DNA of 63,985 nt, filler included, from Globobulimina sp. (taxonomy: Eukaryota): the NCBI GenBank assembly GCA_003354225.1. It is 20 parts of 20 records of this genome, joined end to end, with 100 filler letters (N's around TTAATTAATTAA, not from the genome) between each part and the next. Parts side by side here need not be neighbours in the genome. Positions count along the whole stretch, not along the records: positions 32,058 to 35,161 come from PIVH01003719.1; positions 35,262 to 38,365 come from PIVH01003720.1; positions 38,466 to 41,569 come from PIVH01003721.1; positions 41,670 to 44,773 come from PIVH01003722.1; positions 44,874 to 47,976 come from PIVH01003723.1; 15 more parts are not named here. The stretch is one strand, 5' to 3'. A model generated the notes under the pieces. The model did not search any database. It was given only the letters and a program-made list of their open reading frames with translations, and was not told the origin of the DNA. This document shows positions 32,058 through 45,125 of the stretch, piece after piece. The position numbers were made by a program, and so were the translations under genes. The stretch's first letter is position 1, and each line of letters starts with the position of its first letter.

Positions 32058-34951
32058 CTAATCACTAAATTGACAGCCACGAATATCTTCTTCTGTCTTT
32101 CAACTTGAGCTACGGTTTTCCTCATTGATGAAGCCCAATAAATCTTTAACCACGAAAATACCACCGCACTAAACACCCAAAAATGGAATATCACAGGAAG
32201 GAATACCAAAAATATAAAGAGATCATTTGTCGCATTCTCACCAGTTGCAGCAGGTACGAAATAATATATGATCAATACCATTTCGTTAAATGCATGCGCG
32301 GTCAACAATACAAACATGACTTTTTTAATAAAATGTGGCAATTGTTTGTAATTATTTTTCTTCAAATCCCACCAAACCATTACTGATAAAATTGCAAAAG
32401 CTGTTCCTGCAACAATGCTTATAATTCCATTCGCATATTTATCCTGAGTGTGTCGACATTTCATTCGTTTAGTTACACTAAACACGGTTGCATGTGTTGA
32501 CCGACATCCGAATTGTCTCTTACTTGTACTTTGCGGTGGTTTAATGCTTTTCAGTCCATTCGTTTCGTACCGTCCTTCAGTCTCATTCAAGTACGAGCAT
32601 ACAGGAGTCGTCGAGTATTCATTTGCCAATTTAGTGGCATATTTAGTCTGAGGGCATGCATTCGCCGGTTTAGTCGCATATCCTTCATCGATCACAAAGA
32701 AATCAAAATAATCACCCTCGCATAATTCCACTGTGATGTCAATCATAGGACCAAATCAATCATCCCCGTTACTCACTACTGTGATATTTGTTTCCTCTCT
32801 CAAATTATTTTCTGCACAGGTTTGTGCGATAAATGAAGTGGCAATGATAGCACTCACAGTCCGTGTTGTAAGCGAGCAATTTGCGGATCCTTCTGGAACT
32901 TGTATACTGACGGGTAAATCAGCATTTGTTAAAGTTAATGGCGAATTAATACTTGTTTTTGCACTTCCTGCGCTGTTATGTGTACCATTGACTACAAATG
33001 AGGTACTTTCATTTGCAGAGTTATTCACTAAAGCTGTCACCATATTACCATTCAATGTTGAAACGGCTTGAGATGTACCACAAATGAGATCGATATTATG
33101 TGGAGTAATGTCCTCCAGACTGGTCACGTCAAAGTTACCCAATACTTTGTCAAGTAACGCATTCCCCGTTGTTGCAACTGTTTGCGCTTTCTCTTCAGTG
33201 TCTGCATTCTCTGCTAATACTTCCAAGTATGACAGAATTACGTCGACAGTTTCCTCAACTGTAGCATTTGACAAATGTTTCAATTCCATGAATGGATTCG
33301 ATACGAATTCTAATAGTTCCTGTGCGGCTGCCACAAAATATTCTCGATCATTTTCAATTCGAGTGATGAAGTCTTCTAATCCTTCAAACGGGAATGCACC
33401 ATTGGTGGCATGTGTATTCTTTGATGGTGCGACTGTTAAAGGTGTGTTTGTTGGTGTATTTGTTTGTGTATTTGTTGGTGATTGTGTTGGTGTATTTGTT
33501 GCCGCTTTGACTACACTCACCACCTCGATATCAGAAAATGTTTTGCCTTCATGCTCCAATGTAAATGTGTTGTTAGTTCCATTATTTATTTCAGTTATGA
33601 GACAATCGAACGCGGGTACATTACCTGTGCATTGAATATAAATCTTGATTCGAGTTGCAGTTGCTGTGAAATTTGTGACATTACAATCAGCATCTTCATA
33701 ACAAGGATAGGTATCAATGAGAATTTGTTGTATCTCTGATGGTACAAGAAGTAAACGTCTTCTGCGCGTGACATTGTTCGTCACTTCAATGGTTAGGGAA
33801 CTCACGTGAGATGCAGACAGTGGTGCTTGTGTTGGACTACCAAATGGCGATTGCGTTGGACTGGCAGAGGGTGACTGCATTGGCGACTGTGACGGTGATT
33901 GTGTTGGGGATTGTGTGGGTGAATTTGTGGGTGATTGTGTGGGTGAATTTGTGGGTGTGTTTGTTGGGGAATTCGTGGGTGTGTTTGTGGGTCTGTTTGT
34001 TGGAGTATTTGTTGGAATGTTTGTTGGTGTATTTGTTGGGGCGTGTGTGGGTGTGTTCGTTGGAGTATTTGTAGGTGTGTTCGTTGGATCTGTAGGTGTG
34101 TTTGTTGGCGATTGATCTGTTGGTGCATTGGTAGGCGCATTTGTAGGTGGGTTTGTTGGTGAGCTTGAAGGATTGTGGGTTGGATTGGATGTTGGGGGCA
34201 TTGTTGGGTATTGTGTCGGTGGCGATGTGGGAGATACACTTGGATTATTCGTTGGGCTCATTGTGGGACTTTCGGTTGGGCTCATTGTAGGACATGGTGT
34301 ATTTGAACTAGGTAATCCCGTGACGGCAGAAAATTGAATTCTGTAATGACTTTGTGACCAGTCTATATTGTTATCGTTAGCATAGTTAAAATATATTCTC
34401 TGATACTCACACCAAGTTGTACCATCACATGAATAAGTTGCAAAACTCTGTTTGTACTCACATGACTGAATCAATGTGTCTTTTGAGTATTCACTCAAGA
34501 TTTCAGCCTCCACAAAATAGGTCATGACTTGTGTACAATCTTGTATGAAAGCACAATTGGTTAAATTGAGCTGTATAAAACCATCTGGAAATGCTTTGGG
34601 TACACAAGAATTTGGTTCAGCGGCGTTCCATACGAAATTTGTGATAGTGTAGAATTTGTCAGTGTAATCTGGAAGAGTTTGTTGTCCTTCACTCAAATAT
34701 TTTTGTTGCAAAAGACACCACTCCGATAACTCGTAGTCATTGCATAATACCATATCTCTTTTGAATGCACATGCGACAACCATGCTTGCATAGTACGGAT
34801 TGAAATTATTCCATGCGAATGAACTGCAATCGGTCAGTGCTGAATCCACACACTCATTTGTAGGGGCACTGGTTGGCGATGAAGTTACGATGATTCGTGG
34901 GGTTGATAAAAATGAAATAATTGCAGTGGATAAAACTCTAGAATTCATCAT
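32058..34951 (-). CDS. Adhesion-GPCR-like protein (Cys-rich repeats, PT mucin stalk, GAIN/GPS, TM helices) with one in-frame TGA at 32756-32758
   Basis: The two ORFs share one frame. GPS-like PVCSYLN...GCRSTHATVF is followed by TM helices. Partial at both ends. Confidence 0.8.
33443..34292 (-). repeat. Coding 12-bp-period repeats (PTNT/PTQS/PTMS)
   Basis: Main array at ~33826-34292 and a short array at ~33443-33500, with synonymous variation between units. Confidence 0.9.
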
Positions 34952-35261
34952 GCTTTTGTGTATTTGTTCTATTTTTATTTGTTAATTACCGTGCTCTCAT
35001 TGGATTATGAATTGCAGCTGCTGTGTGAATGTCAAGACAATAACTAATATCAACAAAGGAATGACTTTTGCTTTTTTGTTGGATTCTTGTTACAAGCGGA
35101 GCCTGTTCACATTGCAAACCTGAGGAGTCAAACATTTGATTATTACCATTGCTAATTTATANNNNNNNNNNNNNNNNNNNNNNNNNNNNNNNNNNNNNNN
35201 NNNNNTTAATTAATTAANNNNNNNNNNNNNNNNNNNNNNNNNNNNNNNNNNNNNNNNNNNN

Positions 35262-38200
35262 GGACGTGATAAAATAATTAATATTCTCTGCAATGCAGCC
35301 TCTCGCCCGCATACAATTTAAATTAAAATTGGGGTTATTTGGATCGGGTTTGGTATACAAATCGAATTTGGATAAATTTATTAATAATTTTAAACAGATT
35401 TGTTTGTGTTTTTCAGTGAATAATAGGGATTTATCAATGGCGCCTTGTACCAAACTCGTGCTTTGTGATAATTTGTAGGCAGTCGATAAGAGCATGGATA
35501 CCGCAGTAATAATATTGCACCAATCCGTTAATTGCAAGGCCCAATTCTTAGAATCAATTTCTTCTTCGTCCGATTTAGAGACATTATACGAATCAATTAA
35601 TTCTAACAATTCATTCAAAGTATTCAACACCGACTCATCCACTTCGACCACAATCTTATTTTTATGTTTCTGTTTAGTATTACTTTTATCTAAAAACGGA
35701 GAGTCATCGTAAGCCGTAATGATGTATGTAATTAATATGTTGATCGGATCAATCCAACAATTGACGATAATATTTAATAATTTGGACAAATTCGGCAAGT
35801 CCACATTTAAGAGCGTATTGGCAATATTTAATAGCAACTGCGCCAAATCCTTATCCCACACAAACAACTGCGTGTTTTTATTGATTTGGTGCTTGATTCC
35901 GCCATGAATCATGGTCAATAAATCGAGCAACATGTCATAATCGATAATGCCGCCATTATACGCATCAGGTTCCACTATGTAGGCGTCAGAGGTTAAGGTC
36001 GCTAATAAATTAATACAGGCATTCTGTACCAATGGTAGTTCTGCATTTTTGTTGCTATCTTCTTTCCGATCAAAATGAATCAAACAATCTTGCAAACAAT
36101 ACAAGGACGTGGCAAATAGCGTAATCGCCGTTGGTTTCTCAATTAATTGCAATTCCATTTCAACATTTTTTTTAAACACATTCGACGAAACTAACCTCGC
36201 CAATGTCCGCAACAACAACGCAAATGACTCAATATAACATTGTCTGACGCGGCGATACGAGGATCCAATAAAAAAATTCCCCGAATAATCACGAATGGTT
36301 TTCCTCGTCGACGACGTAACGACCACATAATCCATCAATGCCTTCTCACACAACCTTTTCAACACTAATAATTTGGGCAAAAATAAGCTTTTTAATAGTT
36401 TGCGATGATATATCTTGTCCGAATTATGATAAATGCGATTGTATAACACACAAATCGCTTTTAAGTGTTGCAATAAAATCAAAGTACGAACGTGCGGCTC
36501 GTACACACCGCATAAATGTAAGAAGTGTTTGCCCGGATTCTCATCAAATATGTTAAACAGAGAAACGAATTGCTTATGCACAGATTCTTCGTTATTCATC
36601 GCCAGCGGACAGTTGATAGCATCCACCGCCAGCTCAGCACTCTTAAATCTTATGCACGGATCTGATTCGTTGATAATTATGCCGCGAATGGCCGGGTGTA
36701 TCTGTGCCATGAACTGATTCAATAAAAACTCACCGTCGTAACCTGCGTCGGGGTCCGGTAAGAAACTGAAATTCACAATGATTAAATGCAGACATTGCAA
36801 GGCTTTTTGTCGGACAATGTTGTATTTACAGGCTGCATCTCGGCAGACCAACTGTATCAAATCGGCAATGCTTAAGATTAAATATTCAAAATCCAGCTCA
36901 CACTCCAACTCATTCTCCATTCCGCCTTCTTTGCGTTGTCGCTTTGCTTGCAATGATAACTGCTTTCGTGCCAATGAAACATCCATGTAATGGCCACCAC
37001 GACTCACCGCGTAATCGATCATAGATTTAGTTACACATTGCATCCATAACAACGATGTATAGCGTAAGCACGGCAAGGAAGGCGGGATAATCACCCATTC
37101 ATTGTCTTGATTGGCTGCATCATTCTCACGCCGATTGCTCATTTTTTTCAACACCAAATCTTGTCCCAACAAGGAAATAATTTGCGAGATTTCCGGCGGT
37201 TTTATTTGCATTCCACGCAAGGATATGGTCCGAAAATACGCTAAGAGACTTTGTGGGTATTTTTGGCCATATAACATAGTAATTACTTGCAACGCGGATA
37301 GAGCGCGATTGTATATAATGGGCACTGTGGCATTTACGTCCAATAAATATAGCAATGAATGCAGGATATTCTTACTCACCAAGATCGATGGCGAGTGTTT
37401 GGCGAAGGTTTGCAAGGCCTCCATCGCCGACACCTTTTCCCGCAAATCGCCGCTAAACAAACATCGTTGCAGCTGATGGATAATAAATTGTTGCGCATCC
37501 AAGGCGTCATTGTGCGTATTATCGTTTCTTTTATCATTTCTTTCATCTAAACCAACAATGCTATTTGGCGAACATTGCGCGATTTTGCTCGAACACTGCA
37601 ACAATTTGCTATGTAATTGTGGTATATTGAGCCGTTCGATAAATTTCAGCATAAATATAATGGTATTCAATAGATTATTATTTGGGTCTTTTTTGGTCTG
37701 TTTCCGCCTCCGTTGCTGACAAATGCGCGATAATAAAATATTTAAGATCTCCAATAATGCATTCAATACACGGCTATCCACCGAATCCTTCTCGTCCGCC
37801 AATATCGACAACGTAAATCCCAATATATTCCTACAGATTGCTTCGTCATCGTCGCTCGCTCTCTTTTTATTTTTGTACTTGCTCACTTGGCTCGGATTAT
37901 TGATCACATCCAATATCCTCTGCAGCGAATGTAACAGCCACAAGGACACATTGCAGCAATTGCTCTCGCTCTCCTTCTTATTGTTGCGCTCCAACAATTG
38001 CAGCGCAGCCACGGTAAAACCCAAGTTATTTTTGCTTCCGCTGTACTGATGGATGCAGCCTAAGGCCAAGGCGGAAGCGGCGCGAATACTCGATTTTTCT
38101 TCGCCAAACTTCTTCTTATACAAATACTGAATAATGGTAGCCTTAAAGGCGTCGTCTTCGATACGCGATAAGATGCCAAAGATTTGCGCGCCGGCTCGCA

Positions 38201-38365
38201 TTACCAACGCAGTGGAAAAGGCCAGGAAATCCGAGGCGATCCGCAGCACACAGTCGCGCACTTTGCCTTTGCCGAATTCTATGCCATTCTCCAACATACA
38301 TTTGCAACATCCCAAGATGACCGCGGCGCTGTTTTGCAACACAATCTTCAATGACTCGGATTTTT
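35262..38365 (-). CDS. HEATR5: HEATR5/Laa1 family HEAT-repeat protein, internal fragment
   Basis: LALGCIHQYSG, WLLHSL and F..LPDPD..GEFLLNQFMAQIHPAIR match HEATR5 blocks as recalled (LALGCLHRYVG, WSLHSL, VPEPEFPGHVILEQYQANV.AALR). Confidence 0.8.
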
Positions 38366-38487
38366 NNNNNNNNNNNNNNNNNNNNNNNNNNNNNNNNNNN
38401 NNNNNNNNNTTAATTAATTAANNNNNNNNNNNNNNNNNNNNNNNNNNNNNNNNNNNNNNNNNNNNTAACTAATCATAATTAGCATTA

Positions 38488-38632
38488 TCCATAAATTAAA
38501 TAGCAATCCGTATACTAAACAAAAAAATTGTATAAAAAGCAGCAACAAAAAAATGATGAAAAAAAATGTGAACCAAATTAATTATTTTTTGGTATACACA
38601 AATTAACACGGATTTGCTATTTAATTTTTGGA
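38488..38632. repeat. Imperfect ~24-bp inverted repeat with an A-rich spacer
   Basis: tccataaattaaatagcaatccgt pairs with acggatttgctatttaatttttgga (one mismatch, one indel). Coordinates are approximate. Confidence 0.75.
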
Positions 38633-38741
38633 AAAACAAAAAAAAAATAGACGAAAAAATATAAATTTATATTAATAAAATATATTATTTAGTACAATCT
38701 TATTATATTTAATACAATATTATTATTATCATATGCCAGCA

Positions 38742-39845
38742 TCAGATTGTTTCTGTGATTTCTATGGCCATCGATATCGACGAGATGGTACTGTCGTTGC
38801 TTGTGCTTGTTGTGGTATTATTATGTTGCGACGAGGCGGCAGTCAATGCTGTACTTGACATCTCATTACTTTTTATATATTTTGCTAATTTCTCCCTTTC
38901 ATATTTATAGTCTTTATCACAGATTTGGAAGCAACAAATGATACAATATTTACATAATTTCTTATAATAATAATCATTATATTTAAATTTCAGAGAGAGC
39001 ACAAAACAGTTAAACCATACATCGAAATATAATACAAATGTGATATTAAATGGTAAAACATTCCCTAACAACAACCAACAAAACCATGTGGACAAAGTGG
39101 TTGTGGATGCAATTAACGTTAATATACAATTACGTACTTTTAATGATTTTAATTTAAATGAGGATTCAGCATCAGTCCGATTATCCATTTTAGCTAAAAA
39201 CGTTTTTAATTTCATACATATTATTAAACTGAATATGATATTTACGACAACCACCCAAACAATGCCAACCGCGGGAATAATCTGCATGTTGCCAATGACA
39301 TTGATATCGCAGAATGTTAACGTCCGATTGTTAGTGTCTGGCGGCGTCCATTCCCAAATACAATATGGTTCACTAAATACATAAAATGAAATAAGAATTG
39401 ATATTAACGGAATGAATATGATTGACGATAAGATTATAAATGTACATTTATTTATTGCTAAACAAGTATCTGTAAATGATAATTTTAACCGCAATAAAAT
39501 TATATGTAAATATATGCCATAATATATTATTGATATTATTTTTGGTGAATGAGCAACCAATCCACATCCTATATTATCGCGTAAGATAAATAGATTTGGA
39601 TCAATAATAAATCGAAATAAGTCTATAAATGTCCAATATAATCCACATATTTGTAGCATTAGAAATAATATTCGCAGTGATAAGTTCGAATTGGATGTTT
39701 TCTGCTTTTTGCAACGTTTGTATTCATAATATAACGTATTAGAAAGTAATAGTAATTGAAGTATAATAAAGAATGGAATGGACAATGATATTTCGAAAAA
39801 TAACCCTCGAAAGGGTTCAATTGGACAAAATTGGGCTCTTTCCAT
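38742..39845 (-). CDS. 7TM GPCR-like protein
   Basis: Seven hydrophobic segments, Cys at the top of TM3 and in the second extracellular loop, D..FNC in TM7, and a Cys-rich then S/T-rich tail. Confidence 0.7.
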   Translation of the reverse strand: MERAQFCPIEPFRGLFFEISLSIPFFIILQLLLLSNTLYYEYKRCKKQKTSNSNLSLRILFLMLQICGLYWTFIDLFRFIIDPNLFILRDNIGCGLVAHSPKIISIIYYGIYLHIILLRLKLSFTDTCLAINKCTFIILSSIIFIPLISILISFYVFSEPYCIWEWTPPDTNNRTLTFCDINVIGNMQIIPAVGIVWVVVVNIIFSLIICMKLKTFLAKMDNRTDAESSFKLKSLKVRNCILTLIASTTTLSTWFCWLLLGNVLPFNITFVLYFDVWFNCFVLSLKFKYNDYYYKKLCKYCIICCFQICDKDYKYEREKLAKYIKSNEMSSTALTAASSQHNNTTTSTSNDSTISSISMAIEITETI

Positions 39846-39875
39846 TCCAACTAGTAATTAAATCTTAGCGAGGCA

Positions 39876-41163
39876 ATGTTTTTAACTAAGCACATCAGAC
39901 AGTCACGATGCAAGTCATGCACTTTGCGAAGATACTTTTTAATGGTAATCACATTGTGCATAGCATCATGGGTCGTATTGTTTTCACATGATTTACTAAT
40001 TTCATTCAATACGTCTATGCATTATATTTTTGAAAAATCAGAGAAAAGCATTAAAACATCATGGCTAATACATGATTTTGGTACTTACTTAATCCATAAT
40101 TTTATCACATTATCCAATAATTGTTACATAAACGAGACAATATTTTTTATTCACATTCCAAGAACAGCATTGGATACCACACGAATGACATTATTGGGTG
40201 ACTCTAAATCAATCAGTGATTATTCCAAATGGAATATGCAATACGCTCCATTTCGAGATATTGATATTGATAATAAAAAATGGAAAAATACAAAAATTAT
40301 AAAAGGGTTTTTGTCATGGAATCAAATTGCAAAATATAACGGAAATAAAAAGATATGCATTTTTTTGAGACATCCAATGGAAAGACTTCTGAGTTTATAT
40401 CAATTATTAAATGAACCATTCAGATTAAGGTAACACAGCAATTCATAATTTCTACATATTATTCAGAAACAAGCGTTTTCCCATTTTTCTGAATATTATG
40501 TATATCTTTGCAACCTTATCAAATAATAAATGAATATCAGCAGAAACAATATCCATTCATTATTTGATGCGATTTTATGGATCTTTAAGAAAACTGTTTG
40601 GTATAAATCAAAAATTATCGTTGATTGAGTTCTTAACTAATGACAACCAACGAATTCAATCATTTATTGACAATGCAATGGTTTGGCAGCTTGCATCATA
40701 TTTAGATGTATCGCAACGAGATAGTAATGATACAGTCAATGCTTTATTTTTAGCAAAAAAGCATTTACATAGTGTTCAATATATTGGTTTTTTTGAAAAC
40801 TTAATCTATGATTATAATCAGTTGTATTTTGATATATTTTATCCAAACATTTATGGTGGCTATTTATTCAGATTTATGTTTAATTTGGGTTGTTTTTTCG
40901 GATTTGCACGGATGAGAGTCTTGAAATATACTCAAAAATTGACAAAATATCAACTAGATATTCTTGAAAAAAAAACTAGATATGATATGGAACTGTATCA
41001 ATATGCAAAGCAAATCAAATCTAAACATTTTAAAATATATCCATCTTACGGCGAATTTATAGTCAATGAATGGTGGTATACGCTATTATGGATTGTATTG
41101 TTTATGTGTTTTTGTTGCATTCTTAAATGGATGTTCAACAAATGTAAATCTCTTTGTTTTTAA
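39876..41163 (+). CDS. Membrane-anchored sulfotransferase-like protein; junction 40430-40560 unresolved
   Basis: 5'-PSB FFIHIPRTA, 3'-PB FLRHPMERLLSLY, then IGFFE and YDMELYQYA. TM segments at both ends. Confidence 0.8.
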
Positions 41164-41745
41164 TCCTTTGATAAACAATGAAAATTCATTGAAGACAAAG
41201 TTATAACAAACCCAGAATAAATACAAGGCAAACCTATAGCAAACATTTTCTCAATTGAATGAAATGTATACAACTTATCGACCAGGGGGCGGGGGGTTAT
41301 CTTTTGGAATATATCGTTCAGTGAAAAATTAAAACATTTAACAGCAGCTACAATAATGCTTTTTTTTGAATCTCCGCCATTTTGGCTATTTCACAATTAA
41401 GTGGATAGGCAACAGGAACATGAAACATTAGACTGGCGAAAACAGCCAACCCCACCAAACATATAAAATTAAATCTATTCACCCTGTTCCAACAAATACT
41501 CATTCCACCAAACTCATTTCAGATCAAAATACATTCCTCCTTTTAAATTGCAAATCTTGTTCCATTTGTNNNNNNNNNNNNNNNNNNNNNNNNNNNNNNN
41601 NNNNNNNNNNNNNTTAATTAATTAANNNNNNNNNNNNNNNNNNNNNNNNNNNNNNNNNNNNNNNNNNNNGGTTGCGGCGCTGCCATTGCTTAAAAAAAAC
41701 AAATTTGCCAAGAACTTTTTACTTAGACTTGCAACTATAAGATCA

Positions 41746-42519
41746 ATGGCGTTTACATATTTACAACTACTATTAATTTGTATAGGCATTAAGCAAATTA
41801 GCTCATGCTCAAATTATTGGCAATCCAACAACGACGGGCCATCATCGTCGCGCCGTCCATTTGATATTTGTTATCGATCATATCGTGACAACACAAAAGG
41901 TGATTATTCATATAAATATATTTGCAATGAAACAGTGATAAATGAAAATTATACTGTTGGTGGATACACTGTATTTAAACAATTTTTTAACGGAATTGGT
42001 TGTTATGGTGAACCCAATGCAACATTGTTAGAGGATACCTATCCATTTTCAGTGTATTGTGGTGGCGATAGTTGCGATGTAGTGAGATATCGAGTGTATG
42101 ATATTGATAATGCCAGTTCTTGCAATGACGATAATTTCCCAAATACAATTACTGAATTAAGCAACTTCCAGGAAAATGTACATGTGATAGAAAGATGTGA
42201 TGATGATGGATTTGTGTCGGATTCCTATTTTTGTAGCGATGAATATTTTTATATCAATAGCTATAATAATGATGAATGTAATAATAATGGGATATATGCA
42301 GCGCAATATTATTTTGAAGGATGTAATGATGAGAGTGAATATATAGAAATGGTTTCATGCGGTAAAGATTCTGGATTTAATTCAAACGATAAAGGACTGA
42401 AAACCTGGGGAACTATATTTATTATTTTAGCATTTGTCGCATTGTTATGTTCCATTGTATTCATGATTTATCATTGTAAAAAATCAAAGCATTATAGTTA
42501 TGACGTTACGAGAGTATAA
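41746..42519 (+). CDS. Cys-rich single-pass surface protein
   Basis: Signal peptide, two Cys-patterned repeats (Y.C...F..GC / YFC...Y..EC) and a C-terminal TM. Confidence 0.7.
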   Translation: MAFTYLQLLLICIGIKQISSCSNYWQSNNDGPSSSRRPFDICYRSYRDNTKGDYSYKYICNETVINENYTVGGYTVFKQFFNGIGCYGEPNATLLEDTYPFSVYCGGDSCDVVRYRVYDIDNASSCNDDNFPNTITELSNFQENVHVIERCDDDGFVSDSYFCSDEYFYINSYNNDECNNNGIYAAQYYFEGCNDESEYIEMVSCGKDSGFNSNDKGLKTWGTIFIILAFVALLCSIVFMIYHCKKSKHYSYDVTRV

Positions 42520-42847
42520 ATAATAAATATATACACTCTCTTATTTTTAGGTTTTTTCCTTACTTTCTTTTTTTTTTGCAATTTTGTATGCTTTCTTTTT
42601 GTTTTTTTCTTTGTGTTTTTTCCGGGTTTTTTTTGGTTATAAATTTTGTAATTTGCATTAGAAACATATGTTTATTGGAGATATTGACATTATTTAGAAG
42701 GTGTATGTTAATTTAGAAGGTATGCGTGTATGTGCGTTATCACCATCTTGATGGTGTGCAAAGATAATCGGGCAAAGTATCCAAATGTGTAATGCTTAAT
42801 TATGTGCAATAAAAATCTCAAGGCTGAGCCTGAGAAAACCTGTTACA

Positions 42848-44773
42848 ATGTCAAAAAAGTCTGATGATGTAGATACGGATGATGATGTAGATACGGATGA
42901 TGATGCAGGTGATGATACAAATGAAAATGCAGATGATGATGAAAATAATGTAGCATGTACAATATGTGGCGATTCAAATAGCTACAAAGATGATGTGTTG
43001 ATGGATTGTTCAAACTGCAAGGTACTATGTCATGAATCTTGTTATGGATTACAGCATAAAAATAGGAACTCATTTACTTGTTTTTACTGCATTGAATTGA
43101 GCCAAACAACAAAGCAAATAAAAGAAACCAAAAAATGTAAATTATGTTCGGTATCAAAAAGCAAATTAGCATTAACAACAATTGATGGTGCGAATGAGAA
43201 TAAAATTAATAATAAAACAAGTACCACAAAAACAAAAAAACAAAAAACAAAAAAAAAAGCAATTACAAGCTATGGCAAATGGGCTCATGTTATTTGTGCC
43301 TATTCGTTTCAATGTGAGTTTAACAATGATACTGATCATGAATCCGTCGCGAAGGTTATTATAAATCCAAAGGAGATTGCAAAAAAGTTCAATAAGACGG
43401 GGAAATGTTGTATTTGTAACACAGCAAAAGGATATAAATTAAAATGCATTCATCCGCAATGTTTGTGTAGAGTCCATCCGTCGTGCGCTACAATGCAAGT
43501 TATACGACATTGTCAACAAATAGATAATGACTTTTATTTTGCGGATATTTATTCTGACAAATTATTTAGATATCCAATATTTTTTTGTACTGAACATAAT
43601 GTTGAAAATGACAACGCATTGAATCGGAAGGATGAGGCCATTCAAACCATTAAAAAATGGAAAATCAACAAACAGAAATTTAGAAAAAGAAAAAGAAAAC
43701 GAAAAATATCAAATGCTTCAAATGCTTCAAGTCATGATAATCACGAAAATGATGCAAATGATGATTATCATGAAACTGATTCGAATGACGATTATCACGA
43801 AAATGATGAAAACGATCCAAATGATTCAAATGATGATAATCTCGAACCAAAAGTAAAAAAAAGAAAATTAAATGATATTGAATCAGAATCAGAGTCCGAG
43901 TCCGAGTCCGATTCAATAATTAAAAAGAATAATAATATGAGAGATGAGTTTCGATATTCAATGGATAAATGTTATTGTTTGAAGTGTTTAAAACCAGAGG
44001 AATCAGAAGATGACGATATAAAAATGACGGACAATAATCAGGAAGAAGAAGATGAGACATTGTGGTTTAATGAATTAATTTGGTTTAAAAGAGATTACAG
44101 CTTCAATGAAATGAATATTCAACAGAAAAATAAATGTGTTGCACATTATTGTAAAAATATAAATATTAACACTAATTATTCAACCATATATAAGCCGGAT
44201 ATCGATGAAGAAGATGGTAATAATAACAATAATGATATGTCATTTGTATTGAATGCATTTGAGAGTGTAACAATGTATAATTATACAGCTATTAATAAGT
44301 TTGAGACTGAAAATAATAATAAAATAAAACCAGGAACATTGTTTGAAGGTAAATTGTATCGAGATATATTTCTAAATTGTGGCGCGAACATAGTTTGTAT
44401 GGATGTTTGTCCTTTAAATAAATATTTTAATTTAAATGCATGGAACTATTTATCACTCGTAACAGACACAAATAAATATCATGCCACAACAAAGGATTAC
44501 AGTAAAAACTATTTAATTCAAATATGGAAAATAAAAAAAAAAGATTTTAGCAAATCATCCAAACCAACCAAACGCGGATGGCGCCGCACAAAAAGTAAAA
44601 ACGCGGTATTTCATTATGGCATTGTGCATAAACACGGATTTATTTGGGATATTAAATGGTTGCCATTCAAAATAAAACATAAAATAACTCAGCAAAATGG
44701 CGAAAATAACAACTATCAAAGATTAGGCATCTTGGCTGTGTGTAGTAGCCATGGCGTATATATTTATTCGTTG
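42848..44773 (+). CDS. PHD + zinc knuckle/ePHD protein fused to a TFIIIC110 (GTF3C2/Tfc6)-like WD40 region; 3'-truncated
   Basis: CTIC..CSNC...CHESCYG..CFYC, CKLC..WAHVICA and CCIC..C..C..HPSCA..FCTEH, then NCGANIVCMDVCP, IQIW, HGFIWDIKWLP and RLGILAV. Confidence 0.8.
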
Positions 44774-45125
44774 NNNNNNNNNNNNNNNNNNNNNNNNNNN
44801 NNNNNNNNNNNNNNNNNTTAATTAATTAANNNNNNNNNNNNNNNNNNNNNNNNNNNNNNNNNNNNNNNNNNNNGGATTTATGGATTTGATACTCTGCAAT
44901 CATACGTAATATCTTCAAATCATTAAAGTTTAATTCTGCGACAATGATTGTTAAAAAAATTGGTGCGACAATGATTTTTAAAACTAGTTTAATTCAACGT
45001 CTCGTTATATTCAACTTTGCGGAACTGATTTTGAGGGTTATTTTAATTGGTATACTGATGAATTCGCATATTCCGTAGGAACGCAATTCATAAATACATG
45101 CAAAGCAAAGTTAATTGACAGAAAT

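Noticed and set aside
32756..32758. Genome-wide TGA reassignment
   Set aside because: TGA ends several apparently complete genes (16940, 19441, 29733, 38742, 45942, 48672).
33443..34292. CRISPR-like or satellite array, and the antisense VGVF ORFs
   Set aside because: The period is 12 bp with no spacers and it encodes a PT stalk. The overlapping ORFs are shadows.
35293..38421. Many plus-strand ORFs opposite HEATR5, and similar antisense ORFs elsewhere
   Set aside because: They are shadow frames of long coding regions with no independent motifs.
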